Positions 17,851-31,554 of a stretch of DNA of 64,000 bases are shown piece after piece. The notes under the pieces were generated by a model. The model was not told where the DNA came from, made no database searches, and saw only the letters and a list, made by a program, of their open reading frames with translations. Position numbers and translations under genes: made by a program. The first letter of the stretch is position 1; each line of letters starts with the position of its first letter. The DNA is from Chrysomallon squamiferum (taxonomy: Eukaryota; Animalia; Mollusca): positions 18,228,001 through 18,292,000 of the forward strand of contig CM022676.1 of assembly GCA_012295275.1 (NCBI GenBank), read 5' to 3'.

Positions 17851-19067
17851 CCTTTACAAATCTTATGAATACAATTTTTTCTTCTTCTTATATTTTTGTT
17901 ATTATTTTTGTTTATTTATTTGTTATTCCTTACTTAGAATCTAAATTTTTTTCTATCATAACATTATTAATCTAAGTAAAAAAAGTTCTAAAAAGACAAA
18001 TATACCACTTTTTTTTACACTAATTATTTTCAGTCTTCCATCAGGTTTTATTTTCCACAATCAATATATTTTATCTTATGATTTGTTTTATTGATAAATT
18101 AAAATAAAAAAATTGATTTAAAATGTTTTCTAAATTTTTTAAACCCATTATTAATCTTCACAAATCCTCCTTATTATCAGTATATCTAGATTCATAATGA
18201 GGTTTATTTTGCATTTCTTATATTTTTGCAGGGCTGTTATAAAATAAAAAGGAAAAAAATGTTTTTTTTTCATCCTCCTTATTATTTTATTTTTAAATTT
18301 GTTTGCAGGTTGTGTTTTGGTTATTTGCAGGTTGTCTTTTGGTTAAATTAGCTTGTTCACTATTAATTATTATTGTCTAAACCAAATTAAGCCATTGGTT
18401 AATTAAATGAAGCAGAAATATTGAAATATGGTTTTCTTAGATCTTTAAGCTTTAGCAGGAATTATTCATTATATTCGATTTTCTTATTATTCTTTGTTTT
18501 TGAAAGACATACTTAGTTTTTATAATTGATTTGTTTTTTGTTTATTTTTATTTTATTCAAATTGCAACATAATTTTTTAAGTTTTTATAAGAGAATTGCC
18601 TTTCTGATCTTATCTAATTGATAGATAATTGTTATTTATTGTTAGAAAGCTTTAGAAATATCTGAGAGGGGAAGTTGCAGAGTTAAATCTATCAAGTAGG
18701 TGTGAGTGTCTATAATTGTATTAATTTTATATTGTTGTTTTTACTGAAAAACAAAATCAGCATTAGTTACTTCAGAATTTTATATGTAATGTAATTATAT
18801 TTATTGTTTTACTTTTTATACATTATTGCCATGTTAATACAATTTATTTATCTGTTTATTGATTTATGGTATATTTATGGATATTTCTATTTATCAGTTT
18901 ATTAATTTATTTATTTGTTTGTTTATCTAGGAACTGGCTGAGTTTGATGTTAAACACTTTGTAATTCTGTTCTGTGACGGAGGATGTCAGTACAAAGCTC
19001 TGTTTTCTTTCACACCAGAAACTGAAGAATTATCTAAATTTGTTGTGTAGGACCTAAAGAAGTAACC

Positions 19068-19840
19068 AATAAAATGATTCATAGGTTTTATAAGTAAGTA
19101 CATATTTAATATTTTATAAATAGTTTGGTTATTTCTACATATTTTTATATCAATAAAACAATTCATAGGTTTTATTAAATAAACAGTTTTGGTTATTTCT
19201 ACATATTTTTATATCAATAAAACAATTCATAGGTTTTATAAGTAAGTACATATTTAATATTTTATAAATAGTTTGGTTATTTCTACATATTTTTATATCA
19301 ATAAAATGATTCATAGGTTTTATAAGTAAGTACATATTTAATATTTTATAAATAGTTTGGTTATTTCTACATATTTTTATATCAATAAAATGATTCATAG
19401 GTTTTATAAGTAAGTACATATTTAATATTTTATAAATAGTTTTGGTTATTTCTACATATTTTTATATCAATAAAATGATTCATAGGTTTTTAATAGTACA
19501 TATTTAATATTTTATAAATAGTTTGGTTATTTTTCATAATTTTATATCAATAAAATGATTCATAGGTTTTATAATAATTTACATATTTAATATTTTATAA
19601 ATAGTTTTGTTATTTCTACATATTTTTATATCAATAAAATGATTCATAGGTTTTTAAGTAAGTTATATTTTTTTTATAAATAGTTTGGTTATTTTATACA
19701 TATTTTTATATCAATAAAATGATTCATAGGTTTTATAAGTAAGTACATATTTAATATTTTATAAATAGTTTTGGTTATTTCTACATATTTTTATATCAAT
19801 AAAATGATTCATAGGTTTTATAAGTAAGCATGTATTTAAT
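19068..19840. repeat. ~84-bp minisatellite, ~9 copies, covering the CKK exon end and donor
   Basis: Unit begins CAATAAAATGATTCATAGGTTTTATAAGTAAGT. Confidence 0.95.
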
Positions 19841-20229
19841 ATATTTTATCTGTCACACTAAATATTACCAAAAATACAGTCTTGATAAGAAAGTGTGTTT
19901 TTATATTATTTTAAATCTGTCTTTATAAATTTGTACATTCATCAACATGCAGCTCATTAATATAATGTAAAATAAATGTTTTTGCAAATTATGTTTTTAC
20001 TAGTTATTATTATTATTTTTTTAATATAAAATGAAAACATTTTTGGTAAAGATCAATACTGACCAAGTGAAATGTAGGTGTTTTTGACAAGATTTAAACA
20101 GTTGTGCATGTCAGTGAAAAAAAGAGTATAGCCTATAACAAGACGTTAATCAATATACTTTAGTGGACAACATTGACAATATAAAATGTATCACTATATA
20201 ATTTCTTATACTTTAAATTCAATTTCTTT

Positions 20230-20276
<47 letters not shown>

Positions 20277-21685
20277 TAGTTTATTAATCACCTAACTGAA
20301 ATTAACTCTTAAAATTAAAACATTTCAAAAAGAATTTAAGATTGTTTCTGTGTTACGGAATTATTTAATACTAATGAGTTATTGTTTTATTTATTAATTG
20401 TCATGTAATAAATTAATTAATATTATTTTATTTTTCTGACAGATATAATTATGTGGCTAAAAGTTTCACTCAAGTGACATCAACAAAACATTTAACTGTG
20501 TCCATTGATGCTGTTATTATTAACAATTCTCTCTGGAAGACTGGGAAACCACCAGCAACATCAAAGAAAGTGTGTTAGGAAGACGTAGATCTCACAACAC
20601 ACATCACCATCATCCTGATGTCATCAGCTGCAAGAGTTGACATTTTACATCGTTGTCTTGGTTACAATTCTAAATGACAAATGTTTCACAATGCTTTGTT
20701 TCAATTCAGGTTTAATCTGCATTTTTAAAAATACTTTAAATTCAAACATGCTGATTTTAAATATGATAATGAAATATGTTAATTTATTTAAATTCTTGTA
20801 TATATCAAGAAATGATCAGCTTAAAATAATTAATCATTTTCAGAGCACTCAGATCTTTAATTCAGAGGATGTGAAATGAAATCTACGATGAGCCCATGAT
20901 ATTTCAAATCACTGTTTGTCAGATATAGCTGCAAGTTCTGTTATGATTATTTTGAACATGATTAATTAGGCTGCATCAAAGCTTGTCCTTTTATTTTTAT
21001 TTTTTTATTTAATTCAAAACTGATTTAATCCTATAAAAATGTGTAACTCTATTTTACTTCTTAATTATAAATGACTTATTTATTTAAATAAAAAGTAATA
21101 TGTTTTATAACTATGGAATTTTCCAGTTGTCTTTTTTTGATGAATTTATGTTCTATAGTGCTAAATGTTAAAGAAGAGAAAATATCAAAGTAAAACTTGT
21201 GTAAAAGTAAAGTGTATTGATTCAGATCTGAAGTTTCATTTCACTGTCATACTATTTTCATCCATAATGGATGCATAATGAATATTCATAACTACAGATT
21301 ATATATAAAACACTTTATTTTTTTTAAAGTATTTTAGTTACCAAATTAGAAACTAAACCATATAGAAAACTCTAAAACATATAATTTTGAATTATTTTAG
21401 ATTGATAATAATATTAAGTACATTAATCTAAAAAACAATGTTATATAGGTGGAGAAATATGAGGTTAGCTGATTCAACAAACGTGTATATGTAGTTATAA
21501 GTACATAATAACAACAACAACAAAAATAATGAAAATAAATACACAAATAAAAAGTCAAACAAACAACAGCAAATATAATCCTCTCCTTTAGATCAGCTGA
21601 GAATAATTTAAGTGTGTTTTACACTGAACGAGTTGCATGAAGGAAATGTTACTTGTGGGAACCCTGCACTCTCCATGTTTACAGT

Positions 21686-22392
21686 TTTATGGTGTTGAAA
21701 ATAGTTAAGTAGAGAACTGTACACTCCACAGTCTTTGTTACAAAGCTGATTTCAGTGAGATATACATGTTTATCATTATAACTATTAAAGTTATGGTGTT
21801 GAACACACTTAAGTAGAGAACTGTACACTCCACAGTCTTTGTCACAAAGCTGATTTCAATGAGATATACATGTTTATCATTATAACTGTTAAAGTTACGG
21901 TGTTGAACGTACAGTTAAGTAGAGAACTGTTCACTCCACAGTCTTTGTCACAAAGCTGATTTCAATGAGATATACATGTTTATCATTATAACTATTAAAG
22001 TTACGGTGTTGAACGTACAGTTAAGTAGAGAACTGTACACTCCACAGTCTTTGTCACAAAGCTGATTTCAATGAGATATAAATGTTTATCATTATAACTA
22101 TTAAAGTTACGGTGTTGAACACACTTAAGTAGAGAACTGTACACTCCACAGTCTTTGTCACAAAGCTGGTTTCAATGAGATATAAATGTTTATCATTATA
22201 ACTATTAAAGTTACGGTGTTGAACGTACAGTTAAGTACAGAACTGTTCACTCCACAGTCTTTGTTACAAAGCTGATTTCAATGAGATATACATGTTTATC
22301 ATTATAACTATTAAAGTTATGGTGTTGAACGTACAGTTAAGTACAGAACTGTACACTCCACAGTCTTTGTCACAAAGCTGATTTGAATGAGA
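21686..22392. repeat. ~104-106-bp tandem repeat, ~7 copies
   Basis: ACTCCACAGTCTTTGT recurs about every 105 bp with no unique spacers. Confidence 0.95.
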
Positions 22393-23036
22393 AGGGTGGA
22401 ACGTTCTTTAGCTGTTTTACTTAGATGACAATTCTTACTTATCATTCGGATAACAGTGTTTACAGGTTTATAATAAAAGGTTAGGTTTAGTGGTAATTTA
22501 AATATCAGTTTATTTTAAAAAAAATAGATTTATGGTTATGATTAGCAGTTTTCTCCTTGGTTAGATTTATATTTAAATATCTACTTATATCAAAAGGCCT
22601 TTGAAATGAAACTTTTGATCAGTGTTAGGATAAATTTTTATTGTATTTCAATAAATCCTTAATTTTATCATGTTGCAACAAACAAGTTTATAGCTCGGGT
22701 TAGGATGGGGTTAGGGGTAGATCTAGGGCTAGGGTCAGGCTTAGGTTTACGTTTAGATCTAGGAGTAGGTTTAGTAGCTATTTATTTGAAGAGAATTAAA
22801 AAAAACTTTGAAATTTGTGTATCTGTATGTGTGTTTCTATGGACATATGTAAATATGTATATAGTTTAGGATTTTGAATATTCTCTGTCGTATGTACGTC
22901 TGATTAGACTGCACACAGACAATATTGGGGAACGCACTGGCTCAGGAAGACAAAATCCAGTCACGACCTCGCAAACCTGTCAGATGTCACTGACGAGACT
23001 CGTGTGTGTGTGTGTCTGTATGTATCTATTTGTATA

Positions 23037-23073
<37 letters not shown>

Positions 23074-23257
23074 CTGTCTAAATGTATGTCTATATGTGCG
23101 TATTTATGTATGAATTCGTATGTGTGTGTGTATATAATTTTATATATATATATATATTTATACCTGAAATTATTATCATTATTATTTATTTATTTATTTA
23201 TTCATGTCATTTTATTTTTCATTATTTTTATTTCTCTATTATTATTATTAATATTAA

Positions 23258-23288
<31 letters not shown>

Positions 23289-23468
23289 GGATCAGTTTAT
23301 TTTACAACAACAACAACTATAACATGACAGAAATTCTGTAATGATTAGAATGTAGCTTACACGTGCACTACGCGTTACACACATCAGAAACAACAAAAAT
23401 GTCCTAATGTTTTACACTGTGAGGATAAAAAACAAGAAATAATAATAATAATAATAAATTGTAATAAT

Positions 23469-23549
<81 letters not shown>

Positions 23550-24306
23550 AAAACAATGTAGTTTACTGTTCATTGTTTCACAACTACTTTGTACTACACA
23601 GATTTTATACACATTCTTTATATTTCACATACACACAGACATACAGATAGGTGAACATCAAGAAACAATGTAAATAGTTTTAAAATATAAATGAAATAAT
23701 GACTGAAAAGTTTAATTTTTATCATGTAAATATTTTATTGCAGTTTTGTTTTATTACACTGGAGTATGTAGAAATATATATTTAAATATCACAAGTTTTT
23801 TTGAAATAAACTACTTAACAAAATAATAGGAGAGTTTAAATATAAGCTCTCACAGACACACATACACATATATATACACACATGCATACACAGATACACA
23901 TATATATATAAGATGGGGGAATATTTCAAGAGTAAATCAGAGTTTGTCTGAAAGTAAAATTTATTTGTAATTTAGCAAGTTTAAACTATAAAGTAATTCA
24001 TAATTAAAAAAACCTTTTCTTTAATGCAAAAATAAAATAAATTAACTAAATTAATAACTATACACTAATATATTTTTTAAAAAGAAGTAAATAAAGTATA
24101 GAAATTAAGTAAATCAATTACTTTACAAAAAAAATATATTTTAAAGAAGAAGTAAATAAAGTAAACAAATTAACTTAATTTATTACTTTAGAATAAATAA
24201 ATAACTGGTGTTCTCTTTATTTATTAGTTTGTGTAAAGAAAAATGTCTGTCGACTTTCAACTTCAAAACAGTTAAAGTGAAACCAACTTAGGAGACAGTT
24301 TGAAGT

Positions 24307-24757
24307 TTACTTTCTACACCATGTAAATATTTTTATTTGTCCGTTGTAAAACACTCCCACGTACAGTTTGTTGTCATCACAACAGACAGAGCAAGGTCTG
24401 GACAGTCCATCCTGGCCAGTGAGGATGTCACATGTAATGTTACCATCTCGTGACAACTGAACAACACAATTTCTAAAACAATCACAAACAAAAATATTTC
24501 CCTCCCTGTCACATACGACATCTCTCAAGTCTCTCATCCTGTCTGAATCACGTGACTGCCATTTGACGTCACCTGATGACGTCACACAAAATACTTTGTT
24601 TACATTTTCTCTTTTTGACAACACACTGAGACACTGACCGTGAACTGTGAAATTGTACGGTCCGGGGATCAAATCTGTTGAGATAGAATTAATGAGCTGA
24701 CCACTCTCTGTCAGTATATCCAAGTACTGACCACTAACACACCCAGTAACCGCGAAA
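24307..24757 (-). pseudogene. TRIM-like NHL propeller copy 2, 5'-truncated
   Basis: Near-identical to 359-809. Homology stops abruptly after ACCGCGAAA at 24757. Confidence 0.85.
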
Positions 24758-24866
24758 TGTTAGTATTAACAAAGAAAATTACAATTAGTAAAGAAGCAAT
24801 GCACACATTTTGTTTTACTTAAAAAATAACAACTTTACCTAGGTGCTTCAAAATCTTTCATTACTG

Positions 24867-25120
24867 TTACCAGAATATTCTTTGTATGACCAATATGCTG
24901 AATCCTCCTCTTCTTGAACATTTTCACTGCTGCACTGGAGACAGCTTTCTCAAAGTCGGTCTAGATAATCTGTGGCTTCAAATTGAAGTTTTTTCTGCTT
25001 CAATCTTCAAGAGTTGAAAAACTGATACAAACGTAGCTTGAGTCTAGTTTGAAATGAACATGTAAACAAGAGGGTACACGATGTCCTGGAATTCTGCACG
25101 AAGAGTGTAAAACCAGTGTT
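24867..25120 (-). mobile_element. MULE transposase fragment, duplicated copy
   Basis: Paralog of 3790-4060 with different indels and stops. Confidence 0.82.
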
Positions 25121-27660
25121 TCCCTTTTTTTCTTAGTTCACCTGAGAGTACTGGTCACCATGGAGACTGTACCTGTGAGTTATAGAACTGCTACCTGTAC
25201 AAGATATTTATAATCTTGAAATAATCTACAATTTATTAATTTCATAAAGAAAGAGAAAATAAAAGGAAAGAAAAAAAAAAAACAATAAATAAATAAAGAA
25301 GAAAAAAGAGCAATAATAGTAGAAACAAAAAATATTATGCTAATAACAATATTAATATATGACAGGTTCTTTGATTTTGCTTCTGGAGAGAAATACTGCA
25401 TCAATTACCACAACAAGTTAACAAAATACTTAAATAAATGTTTCTTTGTTTAACAGTATAAAACAGTTCATTCAATGAAGGCCGGCTTGCATTTGTATGG
25501 TTATTAAAACAACAAAAGCATTCAGTAATTTTGTAACATAATTTTCTAGTCATGATTTAAAATCATGAGCTTTTATATCATTCTATTTACATTGTTGTAA
25601 AATTACAGTAAACTGAATTTGAATAAAAAAGAGTTGAGTTAAAACATTAAAACTTTGATTTCTAATTAAATGAAATATCATTCCCTCAAAGAGAGGTAAT
25701 ACAGGGAACTATCACAACTAACTTTGCTGCAGAATACACCATGACAACATTTCTAGGAAATCCACTCACATTTCCATTAACAAGACCAGAGATCTTTCTG
25801 TGACATCTTTGAAAAGACCAAGAGGGTTTCCAGGGATGTCCATATAATCAAGAATTTCATTTCCCTAACTTCTGAGTTCCAACAGATGAAAAAGAAAATT
25901 ACAATATTAAGTATAGTAACACATTCAGTAATAATATGGAAATATTTTAAAAGGCAAATGGATTTGTTTCCCTAACATGAAATTAGTTATATTCTTGGAT
26001 TAAAGTATTTTATTAAATTGGAAAGGTTTCTAGGTTGTGTTTTCTTTTTTTTCCCTTTGTAACGTTATGATGCTAACTTAAGTTAGAAAATGTTTATATA
26101 TCTACAATTTACTGTTCAATTTTAATTTCAAGGAAGGGTATTCATTATCACTGAACATACAATAAAGAAAATAAAAAAATAATATAGCTTTAATTATAAA
26201 ACAAGAGCACACACACACATAAGTTTAACTATTTAACTTTCACTTTTCTTATAAATGTAATAAAAAGTAAGTGTAAATTAAAATATTCAATATAATAAAT
26301 CAAAAAATAAATATTTAAGTAAATAAAATAAAAGCTAATTTTATAAATTACTGCAAAGATAATTTAATAATTGTTTTAAAACGAATGTTTAAAATTTGTT
26401 TTTGATATTTATAGAAGTTCAATTAATGTATAGCAATAATACCATGTACTGGAGGTATACAGGGCACAGGAGGGTAAGGAATAAAGTAATAATGATGACT
26501 GAGGAAGAAGGAAACAAGACAAGGTTTCAAATCAAAGAAATTTAATAACAGACACAGTGACACAGAAAGATTAAATATGAAAACTATTGTAAGACTGACA
26601 TCTCCAAACAGGACAAACTGATCGAAGTTTATGGTGACTAATGAGACTGAATAAACCATCAGTTCATTTTACTGATATATTTTAGAAAAACGGAATCATT
26701 CTTGTACATTTACTACTTGTGTGCTGCCATCTACACCAGCGACACAAAACTGTGTGACAAGGTTAAGAGAATGAGAAAAAAAAATCTCATGAGTATTATC
26801 AAATATTTTTTGAACTGAAATTGAGAAAACAACCTATAAATAAAGTAATACAGAACATCAGATAAACATTTTTGTAATATTCTTACACTCATTAATACAT
26901 ACTTGACCACAGACAGTAACATCAATGACATTTTAGGTATTCTTACTCCCCCAAAAATATCCCACTTGATAGGGATGGTGCTGTAGATAAAATAGTTGAT
27001 CAATAAATCATTTAAGAAATTCTTCAGTTCTAAGTACATAAGTGTGGAAAGTAATATTTAAACAAAAGCAATTAACTTCACTTTTGCAGTTTCTTCTTAA
27101 GTTCAGTTGTTTTGTGACAGGGCTTCTATTGTCTCTCATAGAAACACATTAACATCTAGCAGATTCCCTGATATGGCATGATTCCATTTTTGTAATCCTT
27201 GGCTTATAGAAATGAACTAGAAATATCCTTAAAAAAATACTAGCATATGAAAATTAACATAAATATAAAGTGGAATATGGTAAATTTGGACTTCTGTAAC
27301 CTTTACCCATTGTTAGAGAATGCATATAAATTCTACTACTTTCGTGAGTTAGAAATACTAAAAAAAAAAAGAAAAAAACAATTAAAATATGGAAAAAATA
27401 ACCATTTTATATAATATTTTATTTGTATCACATATACATTTATAAACAATTTCTAATGTTATAAAAGCTCTGTACATGAATGAATGTGACTGACTGAGAT
27501 TTGTTTATATTTACTTACATGTCATTTGTAAGATGTGTTTATAACACAACATTTCTATCAAATTTGCTTTGTATTCATTTTAAACTGGGAAGTAAAGTAA
27601 CGATATATGACTGCTTAACATAATCCATGCAATATTAAATCAGAATATGTTTATCTTAAT

Positions 27661-27933
27661 AAAGGTTTTGGTCTCTTGGGTGATAAAGCTTTTGACATTA
27701 AAAAGGAAGTTGAAGGAACAGAATTTAGATTAAATATTCCACCATTTGCAAGATGAGGATCAGAAGTGAGTGAGAAGACATTGTGTACATGTTCAAAGAG
27801 TTATCAGACTCATAAAAGTATATAAATATTAAGTGGTAAATTTTATTTGTGTGTGATGTCTTCTGTTGATCAAATATGGTATGTGTGTTCATTTTTAACA
27901 CATTTTATGTCACCATGTATTAAAATAAAGTAA
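27661..27933 (+). mobile_element. ISL2EU/Harbinger-type (DDE_Tnp_4) transposase C-terminal fragment
   Basis: GLLGDKAFDIKKEVEGTEFRLNIP(PF)..VHVQRVIRLIK.YK..SVDQIWYVCSFLTHFMSP resembles the consensus ADKGF..LNIPPF..HVERAI.RIK.FKIL..DQIW.VC..LTNF. Confidence 0.75.
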
Positions 27934-28339
27934 ATTTATTACAACTTGAAAGCCTTACATGTGTTCAAAGTCCACTGCCTGATGGAACATTCCCAACCTG
28001 TGTGTCCACTGTGTTTTCACAGATATTGCCAGACAGAGAATATGAGATGTATGCAGACTTATGAGATGATGAAGAAAAAAGTTTACTTATGATAATCATT
28101 ATACAAATTGAAATGAATAAAAGACTACAAAATACTTTTAGTAAATATTAAAATCTCAAAATGATACCAGATCTGCAATAAGATATTTATTTTAGTCTAC
28201 ATGTGTTTGGATGTCGTGAAGTGTATTAATTGTAAGAACTGCGGTACTGACAGGTACATGTCAGACCTGCCCAACCCAGCATAGTCTCAGTGTAACAAGA
28301 GTGAATAAACAAATTACACACAATACACCATTAGTTAGC

Positions 28340-28697
28340 TTCACACACTGATTACTTATTTCATATATATATATATATATCAGATATACTTATCTCATTC
28401 ACTGATTGTTTATTTCATATATCCATATATATATGAGATATACTTACTTCACAAACTGATTATTTGTTTATTTCATACATTCATATATATATAGATATAC
28501 TTATCTCATACACTGATTATTTGTTTATTTCATAATTCATATATATAATAGATATACTTATCTCATACACTCATTATCTGTTTATTTCATATATTCATAT
28601 ATATATGACATACTTATCTTCATAAACGAATTTTTTGTTTATTACGTATATTCATATATAAATCAGATATACTTACTTCGCACGCTGATTACTTGTT

Positions 28698-28774
<77 letters not shown>

Positions 28775-28790
28775 AGATATACTTATCTCG
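28340..28790. repeat. ~58-60-bp minisatellite abutting the collagen exon donor
   Basis: Recurring GATATACTTATCTCA..CTGATTA.TTGTTTATTTCATAT. Confidence 0.85.
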
Positions 28791-28890
28791 TTGTACACAG
28801 AAACCAGATTTCCCTTGCTCACCTGTCAGCCCAGGTGAACCATTATGACCTGGATCTCCATGCTTACGTTTCTCACCTGGAAAATCGTCA
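28787..28890 (-). pseudogene. Orphan collagen Gly-X-Y exon
   Basis: DFPGEKRKHGDPGHNGSPGLTGEQGKSGFC follows a CTGCAG acceptor. Some Gly positions are lost, the donor reads ATAAGT, and there are no neighbouring collagen exons. Confidence 0.6.
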
Positions 28891-30609
28891 CTGCAGGAGG
28901 ACCATAACATTCTTAAGATTAAACTAAAAATCAATTTAAACATTTAATATACAGTTAATGCTGTTTTATTTCATTTCATTTCACTCTATTCTATTTCATT
29001 TATTGTATTTCATTTCAGAAGATACAACAAAGAATAATTTTAAAAAGCCAGTACCTGCTGAAAGTGTGAGTAGCTGCATGTAAGTGAAGATTTTATAACA
29101 AAGCTGGGATTCTTCCTCCAGTTTGTTCAGACTGTAGTCAGCTGATGTTCGACCAGAAATCTTCAGAGTCAGGTAGATTTATAATGTCTCACACCAGAGA
29201 ACTGTGTGAAATAACTAAAATATGTGATATACTGAAATTTATAAAAAGATATACACTTAACTTATCAAAGCTAATTATTTGTGAATACAAAACATCACCC
29301 AGAAGATTTTATATTAAAATAATAATGATCATGATCACAATAAAAATAAATAAGTAAATAATACTAAGAAGTGAACTAAAATTTAGTAGTCATTAATAAA
29401 ACATGAGCCAAATAAAGGGTTTCCACAATTTTACCTATTTATTTGTAATTGTTTTTATCATGCTCTGAATATTTCAGAATAATTAATTAATGTATAAATA
29501 TATTTAATTTCTTATAAATATTATAAAACTTTTAACCAGAGGAAAATGCTTTCAGCTCTGGGGGTTTTCAGGCAAATCTCAGTGGTTTCTTTTCTGATAA
29601 AAACAACAATGTCAAAAGAGAAAAATAAAATTATACCTGCTCAGTCTTTGAAGCTTAATTTTAAAACAACATTTACAACAATTAATAAATAAACAATATA
29701 TATATATGATAATGAAGGATTGTCATTTTCATAAATTAAAAAAATAATAATAAATTAAAAAATAAAGATATCTACCTCTGCATGATTGTCCAGTTTAAAT
29801 AGAGGTGACATCACATCACCAGCGACAAACACAAATAAAAATGTTGAAGGAAGATTTCCACTTTCAGCAACAAGAAGTCAGTTTCTAAAATATATAATAT
29901 ATATATAAACAATATGAACCCTAATGTAGTTAACATATTAATTATTAAACATGAACAAAATTAAACATGGAAAAAAAGTTCAACAACTCTATAACATATT
30001 TATATTTATAATCTTGCTACACTTAAACTCAAATATTAAAATTATAAATTTAAAATTGTATGATCTCAGCTTTATCATGAAGAAACATGTAACAGCAAAT
30101 GTCACAAAATATTAAAAGTTATCACAAGATGCAATTAGTGATAAACGACTATTATTTGGTTGACCGATTTTTTCTACAAGTTGTAACATAAGAGCCAGTG
30201 TTAATTACTTTATCGCAAACATTTATTTCTCATAAAAGAATTGCTCGTAATGCCATTAGGTGAACGTATCGGCTTACCTTAATTTGCCAACTTATATTTA
30301 TAAACACTAATGCCACAATGAAGCCAGCGAGCACTTCCAGCCTGATATGTTAAAGTTATCGGTTTGTTAACGGAACAAGTTGTTATAGGAGATAACTCTA
30401 TAACGAAGTATTTGCGATTGTTTTTCTTTTTCCATGCGAACATTAATTGGCTAAGGTGAAACCAGGGAACAAATCTAGGGAACTTTTAAACCGTTAGGTT
30501 AAAGAATTATCGGTTGGTTGATGGAAACAAGTAGTCATGGGAGATAACTCTGTAACCTAGTATTTGCTATTCTTTTTCCATTTCAGTTCCACTAGGGTTA
30601 CTTACCCGC

Positions 30610-30668
<59 letters not shown>

Positions 30669-31180
30669 GTATTATTATTACTATTATTATTATATAATTC
30701 CATTTTTGTAAAAATTCATTTTTATGGCTATTTTAGTTTAAAAAAATATATATATTCATTTTGAATGTTGGCAAATTAATGTAAGCCGATACGTCAAATT
30801 TATCGAACTATGAGCAAGTGGTTCTTCTGTTATATGTTGTAGAAAAACGAGGTCAACAAATATTTTTTGAGCGACTAACCCATATTATTTTTTGTCTAAA
30901 TTTCGAGCCTTGTACTTAACGAGATATTCACATAGCATGCATAATCGTCAGCTTGAAAGACAGTATGAGTATGACATTTGTCTCAAGTAGAAAATTTGAG
31001 TAATAGATATTCATAAGAAGGCGAAAAAAGTAAGTTCTTATGGAGTAATATTATTTATTCATCACATAGTCTGTTAAAGAATTATATTTGGAAATCAGAA
31101 TACTTAAAGGGTTAAATGAATTGTAATATATTTTAACTGGATAAAAAAGACTCATTAAAATGTTTATTTATTTATTTATT

Positions 31181-31284
<104 letters not shown>

Positions 31285-31554
31285 TTAATTTTATTATAAA
31301 AAAAAAATGATTTTTTTTTCTGCAGCTGATACTTCTGGGAGTTCTACAAAACACTCCAATGAACAAAGCAGAGAAAAAGTATATTTGTTTTAATCATTAG
31401 TATTTTGTTTCTGTTTAAGCAGAAGTTAATTTGTAAATTCTCCTTCATTTTTATAGAGGACTAATGTACTAAAATTGTGTGTGTGTGTGTGTGTGGATGT
31501 GTGTGTGTGTGTGTGTGTCTGCTTATATCCTCTATTGTTTTTTAAATATTGGTC

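Larger units (their letters stand above)
12191..20578 (+). pseudogene. CAMSAP: CAMSAP/Patronin unprocessed pseudogene (CH domain and CKK domain exons)
   Basis: Hand-translated exons: 12777-12867 KVYGENVPNEFKEPFY; 13775-13873 LSRK*IYIKEKDESAVTE; 14110-14195 NAHIPLIDVLMMT*TSEVVS; ~14720-14819 EDTVIFWLNKV; 15687 onward DISLKDGLGLANSLCNLRLIKAFCEQ..FTYEDLL..NLSAFLTELFFW; 18931-19093 HFVILFCDGGCQYKALFSFTPETEEL..GPKEVTNKMIHRFYK; 20443-20578 YN..KSFTQVTSTKHLTVSIDAVIINNSLW. These match CAMSAP CH and CKK motifs, with multiple stops and frameshifts. Confidence 0.9.
23640..27647 (+). repeat. Segmental duplication of window start (1-809 and 3680-6300) lacking 810-3679
   Basis: 23963-24757 matches 1-809. 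24758-27647 matches 3680-6300 at lower identity. 23640-23960 matches 51410-51780. Confidence 0.92.

Noticed and set aside
21686-22392. CRISPR-like regular array
   Set aside because: Whole units repeat with no unique spacers, there are no cas genes, and the context is eukaryotic. The same applies to the arrays at 17450 and 19068.
22695-22775. Telomere-like GGGTTAG/TTAGG run
   Set aside because: Short and highly degenerate. Not enough to call an interstitial telomere, and likely internal to a repeat.
29055-29200. hAT dimerisation-domain fragment
   Set aside because: Only a weak DFW..G motif, with the downstream conserved residues not recognisable.
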